A stretch of 45,439 bases of DNA, from the IMG/VR virus record IMGVR_UViG_2872678658_000002; one strand, given 5' to 3'. Below the pieces are notes generated by a model. The model was given only the letters and a program-made list of their open reading frames with translations. It did not search any database and was not told the DNA's origin. Shown piece by piece: positions 25,334 through 34,648 of this stretch. The translations under genes and the position numbers were made by a program. Positions within the stretch are counted from its first letter, which is position 1; each line of letters starts with the position of its first letter. The stretch comes from a virus (Duplodnaviria; Heunggongvirae; Uroviricota; Caudoviricetes).

Positions 25334-25827
25334 CCCGGAAGCCCGGGGATCGTAATCTGCAGCTGGTTAGCCAGGGAGTTAATCTCAGCGACCAACACTG
25401 GCTTCGTATAGCGCCATGCTGCCAGCCCTTGTCCGCAGAAGCTCGCCATGTCTTTCTTCTGGTCAAACTCATGACATTTCATGTTGAGCTGCGCACTTAA
25501 GCTGTTGCGATGCTGAAGTTCTCCGGTGAAGTAGTCATCGAGGACTTTATAGGCCGCGTACTTGAACCCGGGGTTTAACCAAGCCGCATAATCGTAAGCA
25601 ACAAACTTCCCGCCATATGTTCCACCGTGTACACCGCGCTCAGTAAAAACCACAGATTCGTGGTTTTTCTCCAGCTCGGCTAAGAACTCTTTGGTCTGCT
25701 TGTTTCGCAGGTAGTGGTAAGGCGATTCAGATTCACTTTTACCACTGGCTTTCCACATATCAGTGAGGCAGATCATGCCATCTTCACCGATACGAATTGG
25801 TTGATTGAAGAGGGTTAATGATTTCAT
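25330..25827 (-). CDS. KilA-N domain protein
   Basis: 165 aa; N-terminal region (IRIGEDGMICLTDMWKASGKS...YLRNKQTKEFLAEL) fits the KilA-N pattern. Confidence 0.55.
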   Translation of the reverse strand: MKSLTLFNQPIRIGEDGMICLTDMWKASGKSESESPYHYLRNKQTKEFLAELEKNHESVVFTERGVHGGTYGGKFVAYDYAAWLNPGFKYAAYKVLDDYFTGELQHRNSLSAQLNMKCHEFDQKKDMASFCGQGLAAWRYTKPVLVAEINSLANQLQITIPGLPG

Positions 25828-25942
25828 AGCGTGTACCTACTCTTTGAAATGAACCTTTGCCGCACAGGAAACCAGCCCACCGAGGCTCGCCAGCACTAAC
25901 TGGTATCCTCAAAGGCCCATTCCAAAGGGGCAGGTTCGGTGT

Positions 25943-25967
25943 AAAAAACATGCGTTGCGGTACGCAT
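25943..25967 (-). terminator. candidate rho-independent terminator downstream of Rz/Rz1
   Basis: minus strand stem atgcgt-loop-acgcat followed by U-run (plus-strand A6 at 25943-25948). Confidence 0.4.
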
Positions 25968-26028
25968 TTATTGCAAAAAGCCCCGCATCGCGAGGCTCAT
26001 TAAATGGACTTTGTGATTTGCAAAAAAA

Positions 26029-26502
26029 TTATTTCAGGCATTGCGTCCTGATGTATTCCTGCAGGTAGTTAACCTGCGCGGTTATCTTGTCGATTCCACT
26101 TCGGAGACGGTAATAATTGAGTTCAGCATCTGCTGTAAGTCTTGGGCTTTCTCCATCGCCCATGCTGCTGGCTCCGGTCGTTGACTTTGCACAGGTGGCG
26201 GCGACTTGCAGGCGCTTACGACCAGCAGAAACATCAGCACGGAGACTTTCGATAGTCGCATTAGCATCAGCAAGCTCCTTTGTGTATCTGGCGTCGAGTT
26301 CTGCTACATCACGTTGACGCTTCCGCATGTCAGCGATGGTGGCGTTCGCCTTCTCCAGTTCACTGGCCTTGTTATCGCGCTGCTCTTTGTAGGCGATTGC
26401 GTTATCACGGTAATGATTAACAGCCCATGACAGGCAGACGATGATGCAGATAACCAGAGCATAAATAATCGCGGCGACTCTGCTCACTGATCTATCCCCC
26501 AA
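26029..26502 (-). CDS. Rz: spanin inner-membrane subunit Rz
   Basis: 157 aa, N-terminal TM then coiled coil, lambda/21 Rz-like. Confidence 0.85.
   Translation of the reverse strand: MGDRSVSRVAAIIYALVICIIVCLSWAVNHYRDNAIAYKEQRDNKASELEKANATIADMRKRQRDVAELDARYTKELADANATIESLRADVSAGRKRLQVAATCAKSTTGASSMGDGESPRLTADAELNYYRLRSGIDKITAQVNYLQEYIRTQCLK
26082..26273 (-). CDS. Rz1: spanin outer-membrane lipoprotein Rz1 (embedded in Rz, +1 frame)
   Basis: 63-aa ORF wholly inside Rz; lipobox (VVSAC) and Pro-rich stretch. Confidence 0.75.
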   Translation of the reverse strand: MLMLMRLSKVSVLMFLLVVSACKSPPPVQSQRPEPAAWAMEKAQDLQQMLNSIITVSEVESTR

Positions 26503-27017
26503 CAGGCTAATGCGCTTTCCTGGTCACGACGAATAACCTGTCCATAGCAGTTATTTGAACGTATGCGGCAATCGCGCCCACCATCTTTTATCCACCAGCG
26601 AATCGCCTCGCATGCACCTTTACGATCACCGGCATTCAGCCGCTTATAAAACGTCGACGGGAAACACTTACCGGGGCCAATGTTATAGGGACAAAATGAC
26701 GCGATACCCGCTTTCTGTGGTTCGGTCAGTGGCACTTTAATATTGCGCTCCACCCATGCCAGCGCCTTATCCCGTTCAATGGCGTTAACCTGGTCGCATT
26801 TTTCCTTCGACAGTTTCATACCGGGAAAAACGGGTTTTCCATCCACCACCGTGGCACCCCGACAGATGGTCCAGATGCCGGAACCATCGCGGTATGCCGT
26901 TGTGTGGTTACCTTCTTTTTCATCCAGAAACTGGTCGAGAATATCAGGCGCAGGCGCACCGACGGCAATCAGTGCCAGAACGGCAGCCGACAGGCCGTAT
27001 CTGATTTTTGCGTTCAT
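26484..27017 (-). CDS. R: lysozyme (T4/P22-type, probable signal-anchor-release endolysin)
   Basis: 177 aa; N-terminal hydrophobic segment; E...D...T catalytic spacing in [16 protein letters not shown]. Confidence 0.8.
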   Translation of the reverse strand: MNAKIRYGLSAAVLALIAVGAPAPDILDQFLDEKEGNHTTAYRDGSGIWTICRGATVVDGKPVFPGMKLSKEKCDQVNAIERDKALAWVERNIKVPLTEPQKAGIASFCPYNIGPGKCFPSTFYKRLNAGDRKGACEAIRWWIKDGGRDCRIRSNNCYGQVIRRDQESALACWGIDQ

Positions 27018-27122
27018 GGATATTTATCAGGATTTATCGGTTTCTGAACCCTGGATATGTTTATCTGTCCCGGCCTGTTGAATCAGGCAAGGAATAGTTA
27101 AATACAATAGAGAGGATTGTTT

Positions 27123-27395
27123 ATGGACAATAGCACCATTTCTCTACAGGAGTTGCTCGACTGCATTTCCAGGCTTCGGGATGATGTAAATGCCCTTACT
27201 GTCGCATTTTCATATCTGGCATTCTCAATTCCCAAGGAACAAATGCAACCAACACTGGCATCGCTCCAGCTTGAATCACTCAACCCCAAATGGTCCCAGC
27301 AACAACAAAATTCTTTCAAGTGGCTGGCGGTATTACTGGAAGAAAAATATGCTGGTGAAATTACCATTTCGGCGGAGTCTTCAGAGAACCAGTAA
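27123..27395 (+). CDS. hypothetical protein encoded opposite to the lysis genes
   Basis: ATG at 27123 with GAGAGGA 6 nt upstream; TTGAAT...TACAAT promoter-like elements at 27078-27108; 35-nt convergent overlap with next gene. Confidence 0.4.
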   Translation: MDNSTISLQELLDCISRLRDDVNALTVAFSYLAFSIPKEQMQPTLASLQLESLNPKWSQQQQNSFKWLAVLLEEKYAGEITISAESSENQ

Positions 27396-27705
27396 TTCTT
27401 CCCGGTAGCTTTCCTTTGTAGGTTATCCACACATTCTGCGCCTCTAAAATTATGGGGCGCTTTTCCGGCGACAGCTCATCCCCTTCACATAACCCGGCAG
27501 CAACATCCAGGAAGACCTGTCTGATGCTCCTTCTGGCTGCTGCCTCATAAAACTCCAGCGCGGCACCTTCAACACGGTCCAGCGAGATGTCCAGGTCAAA
27601 AATTTCACCGTCAAAGCGTTTTTTGTCCCGTAACGCTAAAGTTACCGTAACTTTATTCTCAAAATTGCGGATCCCTTTCACAATCAGTTCATAGTTTTGA
27701 GTCAT
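27361..27705 (-). CDS. DUF1327-family protein (YdfR-like) between holin and lysozyme
   Basis: 114-aa ORF; sequence resembles remembered Qin YdfR, which occupies the same position. Confidence 0.55.
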   Translation of the reverse strand: MTQNYELIVKGIRNFENKVTVTLALRDKKRFDGEIFDLDISLDRVEGAALEFYEAAARRSIRQVFLDVAAGLCEGDELSPEKRPIILEAQNVWITYKGKLPGRITGSLKTPPKW

Positions 27706-27709
27706 TGAA

Positions 27710-27925
27710 TTACTCTCCCCGTGCAGCCTTACGCTTGTCTTCTCTGATTTTGAAGTACAGATTTGTCAGATAAGTCAGGAAGCCCAGAACCAGACTCCCA
27801 AGTACACCAATCGCAGCCCACTGTGACGGACTGACCTGATCAAGCCACTGTAAAAACCAGTAGCCAGCACTGCCTGCGGAGGTGCCGTAGGCAATGCCCG
27901 TTGAAATTTTGTCCATGGATTTCAT
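27710..27925 (-). CDS. S: phage-21-type pinholin S with dual-start motif (Met1/Met4)
   Basis: 71 aa [30 protein letters not shown]... matches remembered S21/EssD. Confidence 0.85.
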   Translation of the reverse strand: MKSMDKISTGIAYGTSAGSAGYWFLQWLDQVSPSQWAAIGVLGSLVLGFLTYLTNLYFKIREDKRKAARGE

Positions 27926-28047
27926 AGCCTCACCTCCGCAAATAACGGATGGCGTAGTTTTACACTGAGAAATGAAAGGGATTTGAAAAGAAAAGTAACC
28001 GGCTCATTTAAACCGTCTGGTCTGTTTCCTCCGGCTCTACAAAAATA

Positions 28048-28725
28048 ATGTCCATCATTTTTAATGGACACTATCGTATGAAACACCGGACCTGGATCAC
28101 TGAAGCTTTACGTCTTCACTTTGAAGAACATTTACCCCGGGTTGTGGCCGGGCGTCGCCTGGGTGTACCAAAATCAACAGTTTGTAGTATGTTCGTGCGC
28201 TTTCGGAGAGCTGGCCTTTCGTGGCCTTTGCCCGCAGGCATGTCGGAGCAGGAACTTGATGCCTGCCTTTACGGACAATTTTCCACGGTACCAGTCGTAC
28301 GTCCTGAAAGCACCGTTATATCCGAAGCCCCCGTGGTAAAAAAACGTCCCCGGCGGCCCAACTTCCCTTATGAGTTTAAAATCGCCTTAGTGGAGCAGTC
28401 ACTGCAGCCCGGAGCCTGTGTGGCGCAGATCGCCCGGGAAAACGGAATCAACGATAACCTGCTCTTCAACTGGCGCCATCAATACCGGAAAGGTGGCCTG
28501 CTGCCTTCCGGAAAAAATATGCCGGCACTGCTTCCCGTGACGTTAACGCCGGAGCCGGATAATAAAATCCCGGCCCCCGCACAGGAACCAGAGCAGATAA
28601 ATACACCGTCCGACAGTCTGTGTTGTGAGCTGGTTCTGCCGGCCGGAACTCTCAGGCTTAAAGGTAAACTGACGCCGGCGTTATTACAGACACTTATCCG
28701 CGAAATAAAAGGGAGCAGCCACTGA
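28048..28725 (+). CDS. tnpA: IS66-family accessory protein TnpA (HTH)
   Basis: 225-aa ORF, HTH-like segments; first of three IS66-type ORFs. Confidence 0.7.
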   Translation: MSIIFNGHYRMKHRTWITEALRLHFEEHLPRVVAGRRLGVPKSTVCSMFVRFRRAGLSWPLPAGMSEQELDACLYGQFSTVPVVRPESTVISEAPVVKKRPRRPNFPYEFKIALVEQSLQPGACVAQIARENGINDNLLFNWRHQYRKGGLLPSGKNMPALLPVTLTPEPDNKIPAPAQEPEQINTPSDSLCCELVLPAGTLRLKGKLTPALLQTLIREIKGSSH

Positions 28726-29072
28726 TGATATCTCTCCCTGCAGGTTCGCGTATCTGGCTGGTTGCAGGTATCACCGATATGCGAAATGGCTTTAACGGCC
28801 TGGCATCAAAAGTTCAGAACGTCCTGAAGGATGACCCGTTCTCCGGACACCTGTTCATCTTCCGCGGACGCCGGGGTGACCAGATAAAAGTGTTGTGGGC
28901 TGACAGTGACGGACTGTGCCTCTTCACCAAACGCCTGGAGCGGGGCCGCTTCGTCTGGCCAGTCACCCGTGACGGCAAGGTGCACCTTACTCCGGCTCAG
29001 TTATCCATGCTTCTTGAAGGTATCAACTGGAAGCACCCGAAACGAACGGAACGCGCTGGAATCCGCATATAA
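28725..29072 (+). CDS. tnpB: IS66-family protein TnpB (orfB)
   Basis: 115 aa, typical IS66 orfB size and sequence, start overlapping tnpA stop. Confidence 0.85.
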   Translation: MISLPAGSRIWLVAGITDMRNGFNGLASKVQNVLKDDPFSGHLFIFRGRRGDQIKVLWADSDGLCLFTKRLERGRFVWPVTRDGKVHLTPAQLSMLLEGINWKHPKRTERAGIRI

Positions 29073-29091
29073 CCCGTTGTAAAGTGAGGAT

Positions 29092-30663
29092 ATGGACACC
29101 TCACTTGCTCATGAGAACGCCCGCCTGCGGGCACTGTTGCAGACGCAACAGGACACCATCCGCCAGATGGCTGAATACAACCGCCTGCTCTCACAGCGGG
29201 TGGCGGCTTATGCTTCCGAAATCAACCGGCTGAAGGCGCTGGTTGCGAAACTGCAACGTATGCAGTTCGGTAAAAGCTCAGAAAAACTTCGTGCAAAAAC
29301 CGAACGGCAGATACAGGAAGCACAGGAGCGAATCAGCGCACTTCAGGAAGAAATGGCGGAAACGCTGGGTGAGCAATATGACCCGGTACTGCCATCCGCC
29401 CTGCGCCAGTCTTCAGCCCGTAAACCGTTACCGGCCTCACTTCCCCGTGAAACCCGGGTTATCCGGCCGGAAGAGGAATGCTGTCCTGCCTGTGGTGGTG
29501 AACTCAGTTCTCTGGGATGTGATGTGTCAGAGCAACTGGAGCTTATCAGCAGCGCCTTTAAGGTTATCGAAACACAACGTCCGAAACAGGCCTGTTGCCG
29601 GTGCGACCATATCGTGCAGGCACCAGTACCTTCAAAACCCATTGCACGCAGTTATGCCGGAGCGGGGCTTCTGGCCCATGTTGTCACCGGGAAATATGCA
29701 GACCATCTGCCGTTATACCGCCAGTCAGAAATATACCGTCGTCAGGGAGTGGAGATGAGCCGCGCCACGCTGGGGCGCTGGACCAGTGCTGTTGCTGAAC
29801 TGCTGGAGCCGCTGTATGACGTCCTGCGCCAGTATGTGCTGATGCCCGGTAAAGTCCATGCTGATGATATCCCCGTCCCGGTCCAGGAGCCGGGCAGCGG
29901 TAAAACCCGGACAGCCCGGCTGTGGGTCTACGTCCGTGATGACCGTAACGCCGGTTCACAGATGCCCCCGGCGGTCTGGTTCGCGTACAGTCCGGACCGG
30001 AAGGGTATCCATCCTCAAAATCACCTGGCCGGTTACAGCGGTGTGCTTCAGGCCGATGCTTACGGTGGTTACCGGGCGTTATACGAATCCGGCAGAATAA
30101 CGGAAGCCGCGTGTATGGCTCATGCCCGGAGAAAAATCCACGATGTGCATGCAAGAGCGCCCACCTACATCACCACGGAAGCCCTGCAGCGTATCGGTGA
30201 ACTGTATGCCATCGAGGCAGAGGTCCGGGGCTGTTCAGCAGAACAGCGTCTGGCGGCAAGAAAAGCCAGAGCCGCGCCACTGATGCAGTCACTGTATGAC
30301 TGGATACAGCAACAGATGAAAACACTGTCGCGTCACTCAGATACGGCAAAAGCGTTCGCATACCTGCTGAAACAGTGGGATGCACTGAACGTGTACTGCA
30401 GTAATGGCTGGGTGGAAATCGACAACAACATCGCAGAGAACGCCTTACGGGGAGTGGCCGTAGGCCGGAAAAACTGGATGTTCGCGGGTTCCGACAGCGG
30501 TGGTGAACATGCGGCGGTGTTGTACTCGCTGATCGGCACATGCCGTCTGAACAATGTGGAGCCAGAAAAGTGGCTGCGTTACGTCATTGAACATATCCAG
30601 GACTGGCCGGCAAACCGGGTACGCGATCTGTTGCCCTGGAAAGTTGATCTGAGCTCTCAGTAA
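29092..30663 (+). CDS. tnpC: IS66-family transposase TnpC
   Basis: 523 aa, N-terminal coiled coil/leucine zipper, Cys-rich zinc ribbon, DDE-like core. Confidence 0.85.
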   Translation: MDTSLAHENARLRALLQTQQDTIRQMAEYNRLLSQRVAAYASEINRLKALVAKLQRMQFGKSSEKLRAKTERQIQEAQERISALQEEMAETLGEQYDPVLPSALRQSSARKPLPASLPRETRVIRPEEECCPACGGELSSLGCDVSEQLELISSAFKVIETQRPKQACCRCDHIVQAPVPSKPIARSYAGAGLLAHVVTGKYADHLPLYRQSEIYRRQGVEMSRATLGRWTSAVAELLEPLYDVLRQYVLMPGKVHADDIPVPVQEPGSGKTRTARLWVYVRDDRNAGSQMPPAVWFAYSPDRKGIHPQNHLAGYSGVLQADAYGGYRALYESGRITEAACMAHARRKIHDVHARAPTYITTEALQRIGELYAIEAEVRGCSAEQRLAARKARAAPLMQSLYDWIQQQMKTLSRHSDTAKAFAYLLKQWDALNVYCSNGWVEIDNNIAENALRGVAVGRKNWMFAGSDSGGEHAAVLYSLIGTCRLNNVEPEKWLRYVIEHIQDWPANRVRDLLPWKVDLSSQ

Positions 30664-30693
30664 ATATCAATACGGTTCTGACGAGTCGCTTAC

Positions 30694-30716
30694 AAAGAAA
30701 AACCCGCAAAAGCGGG
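30694..30716 (-). terminator. rho-independent terminator downstream of tRNA cluster, U-tract interrupted by IS66
   Basis: minus strand GCCCGC-TTTT-GCGGG stem followed by TTTTTCTTT; the TSD lies within the U-tract. Confidence 0.6.
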
Positions 30717-30924
30717 CGAAACGATATATACAGAAAGGAAAGCACTCTATCCAACAAACCACCCACAGTTAATCGGAATAAAAGCAGAGTGCTTATGAAT
30801 GATCGCCTGCTCGAAGGTTAGTATTTCTGCACAGCAATTTTGCAAAAAAAGGCGATCATTCATAACTTAAACGTCTTTCAGTCACTCCGGGATTTCCCAT
30901 CATCGCAGACTGAAAGACTCTAAC

Positions 30925-30999
<75 letters not shown>

Positions 31000-31002
31000 A
31001 TA

Positions 31003-31078
<76 letters not shown>

Positions 31079-31080
31079 AC

Positions 31081-31157
31081 TGGACCGCCACCGGGGACTC
31101 GAACCTCGCACACTCAACTTAAAGGGTTGACGCTCTTTCCTGATGAGCTAGTGGCGG
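31081..31157 (-). tRNA. tRNA-like gene with atypical anticodon loop CCUUUAA (anticodon UUU if canonical; C at position 33)
   Basis: foldable cloverleaf with 7-bp acceptor stem, D and T arms (T-loop UUCGAGU), abuts next tRNA with 1-nt spacer. Confidence 0.5.
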
Positions 31158-31158
31158 C

Positions 31159-31234
31159 TGGTGGCCCTTGCTGGATTTGAACCAGCGACCTGGCGATTAT
31201 GAGTCGCTCGCTCTCACCACTGAGCTAAAGGGCC
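31159..31234 (-). tRNA. tRNA-Ile2-like (anticodon CAU, ileX/ileZ type)
   Basis: 76 nt, anticodon loop ACUCAUAA; body far closer to remembered ileX than to elongator tRNA-Met. Confidence 0.75.
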
Positions 31235-31334
31235 GGGCGCAGGATAATAACGTTACGAAATCAATGTTGCAAGCATTCAAAAATCACCCTTATCTCCTCC
31301 ACTAGCGCATTCACCATGTCTATCCGAGATAAGT

Positions 31335-31364
31335 GGCACAAAAAACCCGCTTGTGGGCGGGTTT
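31335..31364 (-). terminator. tR-prime-like hairpin downstream of Q (bidirectional terminator structure)
   Basis: A6-cccgc-ttgtgg-gcggg-TTTTGTTT; reads as terminator on both strands; lies between Q stop and tRNAs. Confidence 0.55.
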
Positions 31365-31370
31365 TGTTTG

Positions 31371-31428
31371 CTTTTGCCATCACGTACAAAATCGGCAAAA
31401 TATCAGATTTGCATGAAATATATGCCTT
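31371..31428 (-). promoter_or_regulatory. expected late promoter pR-prime/qut region (position-based)
   Basis: 58-nt AT-rich interval between Q stop and terminator hairpin; no confident -10/-35 assigned. Confidence 0.3.
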
Positions 31429-32124
31429 TCAATCTACTTTTGCAACACTTTGCTTTGAAAATGCCGCCTTTTGTTTTGAACGTGTTCTCATTACAAACAA
31501 TAAAGCCTCACTATCAAGTCGGTGAAAAATGTGTTTCATTGCAACCCAGTGACGAGTAAATGTTTTGGACCAGTTTTTAGTTGTCACTCCCGCCAGTAAT
31601 GCCAGCTCCTGGTATTCATAACCTTCCCCACCAAAAAGTTCTGCTTTTACTGCCTGCGCCGCCAGCCAGATTAATTTTTTCAGGCGTTCCTGCGTTTTCC
31701 CTGCAATTTTTCTGGTACCGGATTGAGTATTAAATTCATTCCACGCCCACTGTGTTATCGCGATCTGATATTCCCAACAAATACTCCCGCTGTAACACCA
31801 CAACAACCAGGCTTTATGATGTTCTTCAAGAGACAGAACAGCCCGCCGCCACGATGATGTCGAAAACTCAACCGGACTGACCAGAGGTATTGACGTCCCC
31901 TTCGCCAGCGATTGCTTTCCCGGGATTGGTGGATTATCCCGCGTTATCATTTTTCCAGTCACTTCATCGCGGTACCGGATTTTTTTTCGCCTGTAACGCC
32001 CTGTATCGAACATGGCATTCTCTTGCCAGGCTTCAAGCTGACCTTTTGTTGCCCCACTCAAATCAGCGGTGGCGATAATGAGCTGCTCACGCACAAACTG
32101 TAAATACTGGTTATTCATGCGCAC
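31429..32124 (-). CDS. putative late-gene antiterminator Q (QuuQ-like)
   Basis: 231 aa; position immediately upstream of terminator hairpin, tRNAs and lysis genes; resembles remembered E. coli prophage Quu proteins. Confidence 0.5.
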   Translation of the reverse strand: MRMNNQYLQFVREQLIIATADLSGATKGQLEAWQENAMFDTGRYRRKKIRYRDEVTGKMITRDNPPIPGKQSLAKGTSIPLVSPVEFSTSSWRRAVLSLEEHHKAWLLWCYSGSICWEYQIAITQWAWNEFNTQSGTRKIAGKTQERLKKLIWLAAQAVKAELFGGEGYEYQELALLAGVTTKNWSKTFTRHWVAMKHIFHRLDSEALLFVMRTRSKQKAAFSKQSVAKVD

Positions 32125-32480
32125 TCCAGTTCTGTGATTTTTATCCCCAGCCGCCCACCAGGAACGAGCTGACCGCGCACAATATTGATTTCATCAAACT
32201 GCTCGTCGTCTATAAGTAGTCCGGCATGCGTCAGCGCATCCAGTGGTGCCTTCAGGATATTGTCCAAGTCACGACGGCGCTTATCCGGTGGCTCTGCAAT
32301 AATCTTTATCGCCAGCCTTCCGGACAGGTTTAATTTCAGCCGCTGCTGGCGAACAATTAGCGCCACATCACGGCGATAACGCTTTCCGGCCTCCGAGATG
32401 AAATACGTATTGCCATGACGTCGCCAGTAGGTATTCACCGTCGGCGGGTAAGGCAAAACAAATTCTATGCGTTCAGTCAT
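32115..32480 (-). CDS. rusA: Holliday junction resolvase RusA
   Basis: 121 aa MTERIEFVLPYPPTVNTYWRRHG... typical RusA N-terminus and acidic catalytic residues. Confidence 0.85.
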   Translation of the reverse strand: MTERIEFVLPYPPTVNTYWRRHGNTYFISEAGKRYRRDVALIVRQQRLKLNLSGRLAIKIIAEPPDKRRRDLDNILKAPLDALTHAGLLIDDEQFDEINIVRGQLVPGGRLGIKITELECA

Positions 32481-33464
32481 TCATGCTTTCCACTTCAGGA
32501 CACCCGAATTTCTCGCGTGCATTAAAAAACGAATCAGCAACAACAGCTGGCTGCCGTGTTTTTCTTCAAAATCTTTTACCCCGGCGTGCAGTTCGTTATG
32601 ACATTTACGGCACAGCGGAATAACAAACAAATCATCAGCCTTTGTTCCCATCCCTCCCAGTCCATGACCAATGATGTGATGCGGATCATCTGCCTGATTA
32701 CCGCACGTCATGCATTTCTGCGTTTTTACCCAGCGCGTGTATACAGGCATCTCTTCCCGTTGTGGTTTCTGGCGCTGGAGATACTGAGCCGGTGACTCCG
32801 GATCAACAGCAATGCTGACCACCGTCTTTTCCTGTGGCGGGTTTTGCTGGTGGGCGTGAGGCAGCGGCGCAAGATTTTTTGTGCGCTGCTTCAGTATGCT
32901 GGTGGCGGTCTGCTCTCCCGGTACGATGTCGCTTTCACGGTACATTGAACGGATTTTTTCCGCACGCAACCCCAGCGAACGACGTAATACCGCTTCCGGT
33001 AGCGCGTCCGCCACCTGATTGCGGACCGCCCACCAGGATAATTCAGCCAGAGATAATTCACGCTCCTGCGTACCGCTTATTGCGTGACCGATGACGTCAA
33101 TCATCCATGCTGACAGGTTTTGATGAGCAAGCTGCCCGAGTGATTCGGATGTCTGGTCACGCAACTGGTTGTCGCAGTGCCAGCACAACACCATCGCGCC
33201 GGTACCGTAACGATGTATGACGATTTCACTGTGATGATAGTCACCATGAGGCCACTGGCAGGATTTGACATGACGCAACAGCCAGTCAGACAGTGCCCCA
33301 GCGCCGCCAGCAGCACGAATCACCCGCTCATCGCTGAAAAATGGCAGTAATGATTTATCCTCCGCCAGCGGCTGGCGAACGGCAGGGACGACTCCGGACG
33401 GCAGACCGCGCATGCTTTTCGGTTCAGGCTCCACCAGCACTCGAGGGTTATGAAATACTTGCAT
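32481..33464 (-). CDS. DUF968-family protein with C-terminal HNH-like Cys/His motif (YdfU-like)
   Basis: ORF runs to 33608, but start placed at Met49 (33464) to avoid low-complexity extension overlapping upstream gene; C-terminal CMTCG...HHIIGHG...CRKCH. Confidence 0.6.
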   Translation of the reverse strand: MQVFHNPRVLVEPEPKSMRGLPSGVVPAVRQPLAEDKSLLPFFSDERVIRAAGGAGALSDWLLRHVKSCQWPHGDYHHSEIVIHRYGTGAMVLCWHCDNQLRDQTSESLGQLAHQNLSAWMIDVIGHAISGTQERELSLAELSWWAVRNQVADALPEAVLRRSLGLRAEKIRSMYRESDIVPGEQTATSILKQRTKNLAPLPHAHQQNPPQEKTVVSIAVDPESPAQYLQRQKPQREEMPVYTRWVKTQKCMTCGNQADDPHHIIGHGLGGMGTKADDLFVIPLCRKCHNELHAGVKDFEEKHGSQLLLLIRFLMHARNSGVLKWKA

Positions 33465-33537
33465 GGATTCACGGCCCGGCCTAAGGACCACCAGCCCAAG
33501 TTCCGGTACCAGAACAGGTCGAAGTAATATCCGCACG

Positions 33538-33816
33538 TTACCTCCAGATCCGTTGCTGGTATGTGCGGGATGGGCGCGGTGGGCGTTCGGAATAAGGGAG
33601 CCTGACATAGATTATCCAGTGACGATAATCGAGGCTGAGGGCTTTCTTAATCTCGTATCCGCGTCTGCGATAGTTATGAATTAGCCATTCGGCCTGTTCT
33701 TCAGTACATGGGTCATGCTGGAACCAGTCAGATTTGAAAGTGCGGGAACGCCGCCCGTGCCTGCTGGCAAAGACGGCAGAATCATCAGAATTGTGTAATT
33801 TGGTATCGTGCGCCAT
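33538..33816 (-). CDS. hypothetical small basic protein (Rem position)
   Basis: 93 aa from internal Met of ORF 33538-33897. Confidence 0.35.
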   Translation of the reverse strand: MAHDTKLHNSDDSAVFASRHGRRSRTFKSDWFQHDPCTEEQAEWLIHNYRRRGYEIKKALSLDYRHWIIYVRLPYSERPPRPSRTYQQRIWR

Positions 33817-34112
33817 CGGTTGTCTCTGCTGGCGCAGCAGGTGCCAGTTGTTCAGGCTGGCGTGCGAATTGTAAACCAGAATGCCAGGAAAAAACAAAAC
33901 CCGCCGAAGCGGGTATGCTAAAACAAACTGAAAGTAATATACCGGACTTGTAAAGGAACGATAGAATAATTATTGGATTAAACCCTGACTCAATCCAGAT
34001 TTCATAGGCAACAACTACGGACTAATCATCACAGTCATGTTTGATAGGCTTAGTCCACATTGGGTGAGGGTTTACGGCGTTTTCACTAATAATTTATCGT
34101 CCAAGCTATACA

Positions 34113-34505
34113 CTACTGCCCTGTTTTAACGAAGTTTTTAAAGGAAACAACTGCCTGATAGGGGTTTGGTTGACAGCCAAACATATTATCGCAAAAAGGC
34201 TTGATGAAAATTCTTGAGGATCCATCTTCATTTGGCATTTTACTCACTTGATAAGCGAGGAATGGACTATTTGGAGAGGGATTATAAGTGGAAATTAGCG
34301 TGTCTGTCGCCGTTTGAATTTTCCATGAGGAATTATTAGCCAACCAGAATTGCGCTCGTTTCCAATAAAAGTCACATTGCTTTTCATCATTACATGTTAG
34401 TGGCTTCATTGCTTCTGCTTTCAACGCTGGATCGATCTTTGCTGCACACCCTCCCAACATTACTGTTGCAATCATTACACCTGCGACTAAAACAAGTTTC
34501 TTCAT
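34113..34505 (-). CDS. predicted lipoprotein (moron)
   Basis: 130 aa, signal peptide with lipobox LGGC, six further Cys; AT-rich codon usage. Confidence 0.6.
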   Translation of the reverse strand: MKKLVLVAGVMIATVMLGGCAAKIDPALKAEAMKPLTCNDEKQCDFYWKRAQFWLANNSSWKIQTATDTLISTYNPSPNSPFLAYQVSKMPNEDGSSRIFIKPFCDNMFGCQPNPYQAVVSFKNFVKTGQ

Positions 34506-34648
34506 CTCCCTGCCCCATCAATAAAAGTTCGGTTCTCTAATAACTAGAGTTAATCAACGGAAAAAACGCCGAAGCGGGTTAAGTGCGGGTGCGTTGAGGA
34601 TGCCTGACACATCAGAGGTGGCGAGGGATTTCTCCCCCGCCAGGTCTC

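Larger units (their letters stand above)
27995..30693 (+). mobile_element. IS66-family insertion sequence (3 ORFs) with 8-bp target site duplication AAAGAAAA
   Basis: imperfect terminal inverted repeats (gtaaccggctc... / ...gagtcgcttac); identical 8-mers at 27987-27994 and 30694-30701. Confidence 0.85.

Noticed and set aside
33465-33608. N-terminal 48-codon extension of the DUF968 ORF
   Set aside because: Low-complexity sequence that overlaps the upstream small ORF in another frame; internal Met at 33464 gives a more plausible start, though without a strong SD.
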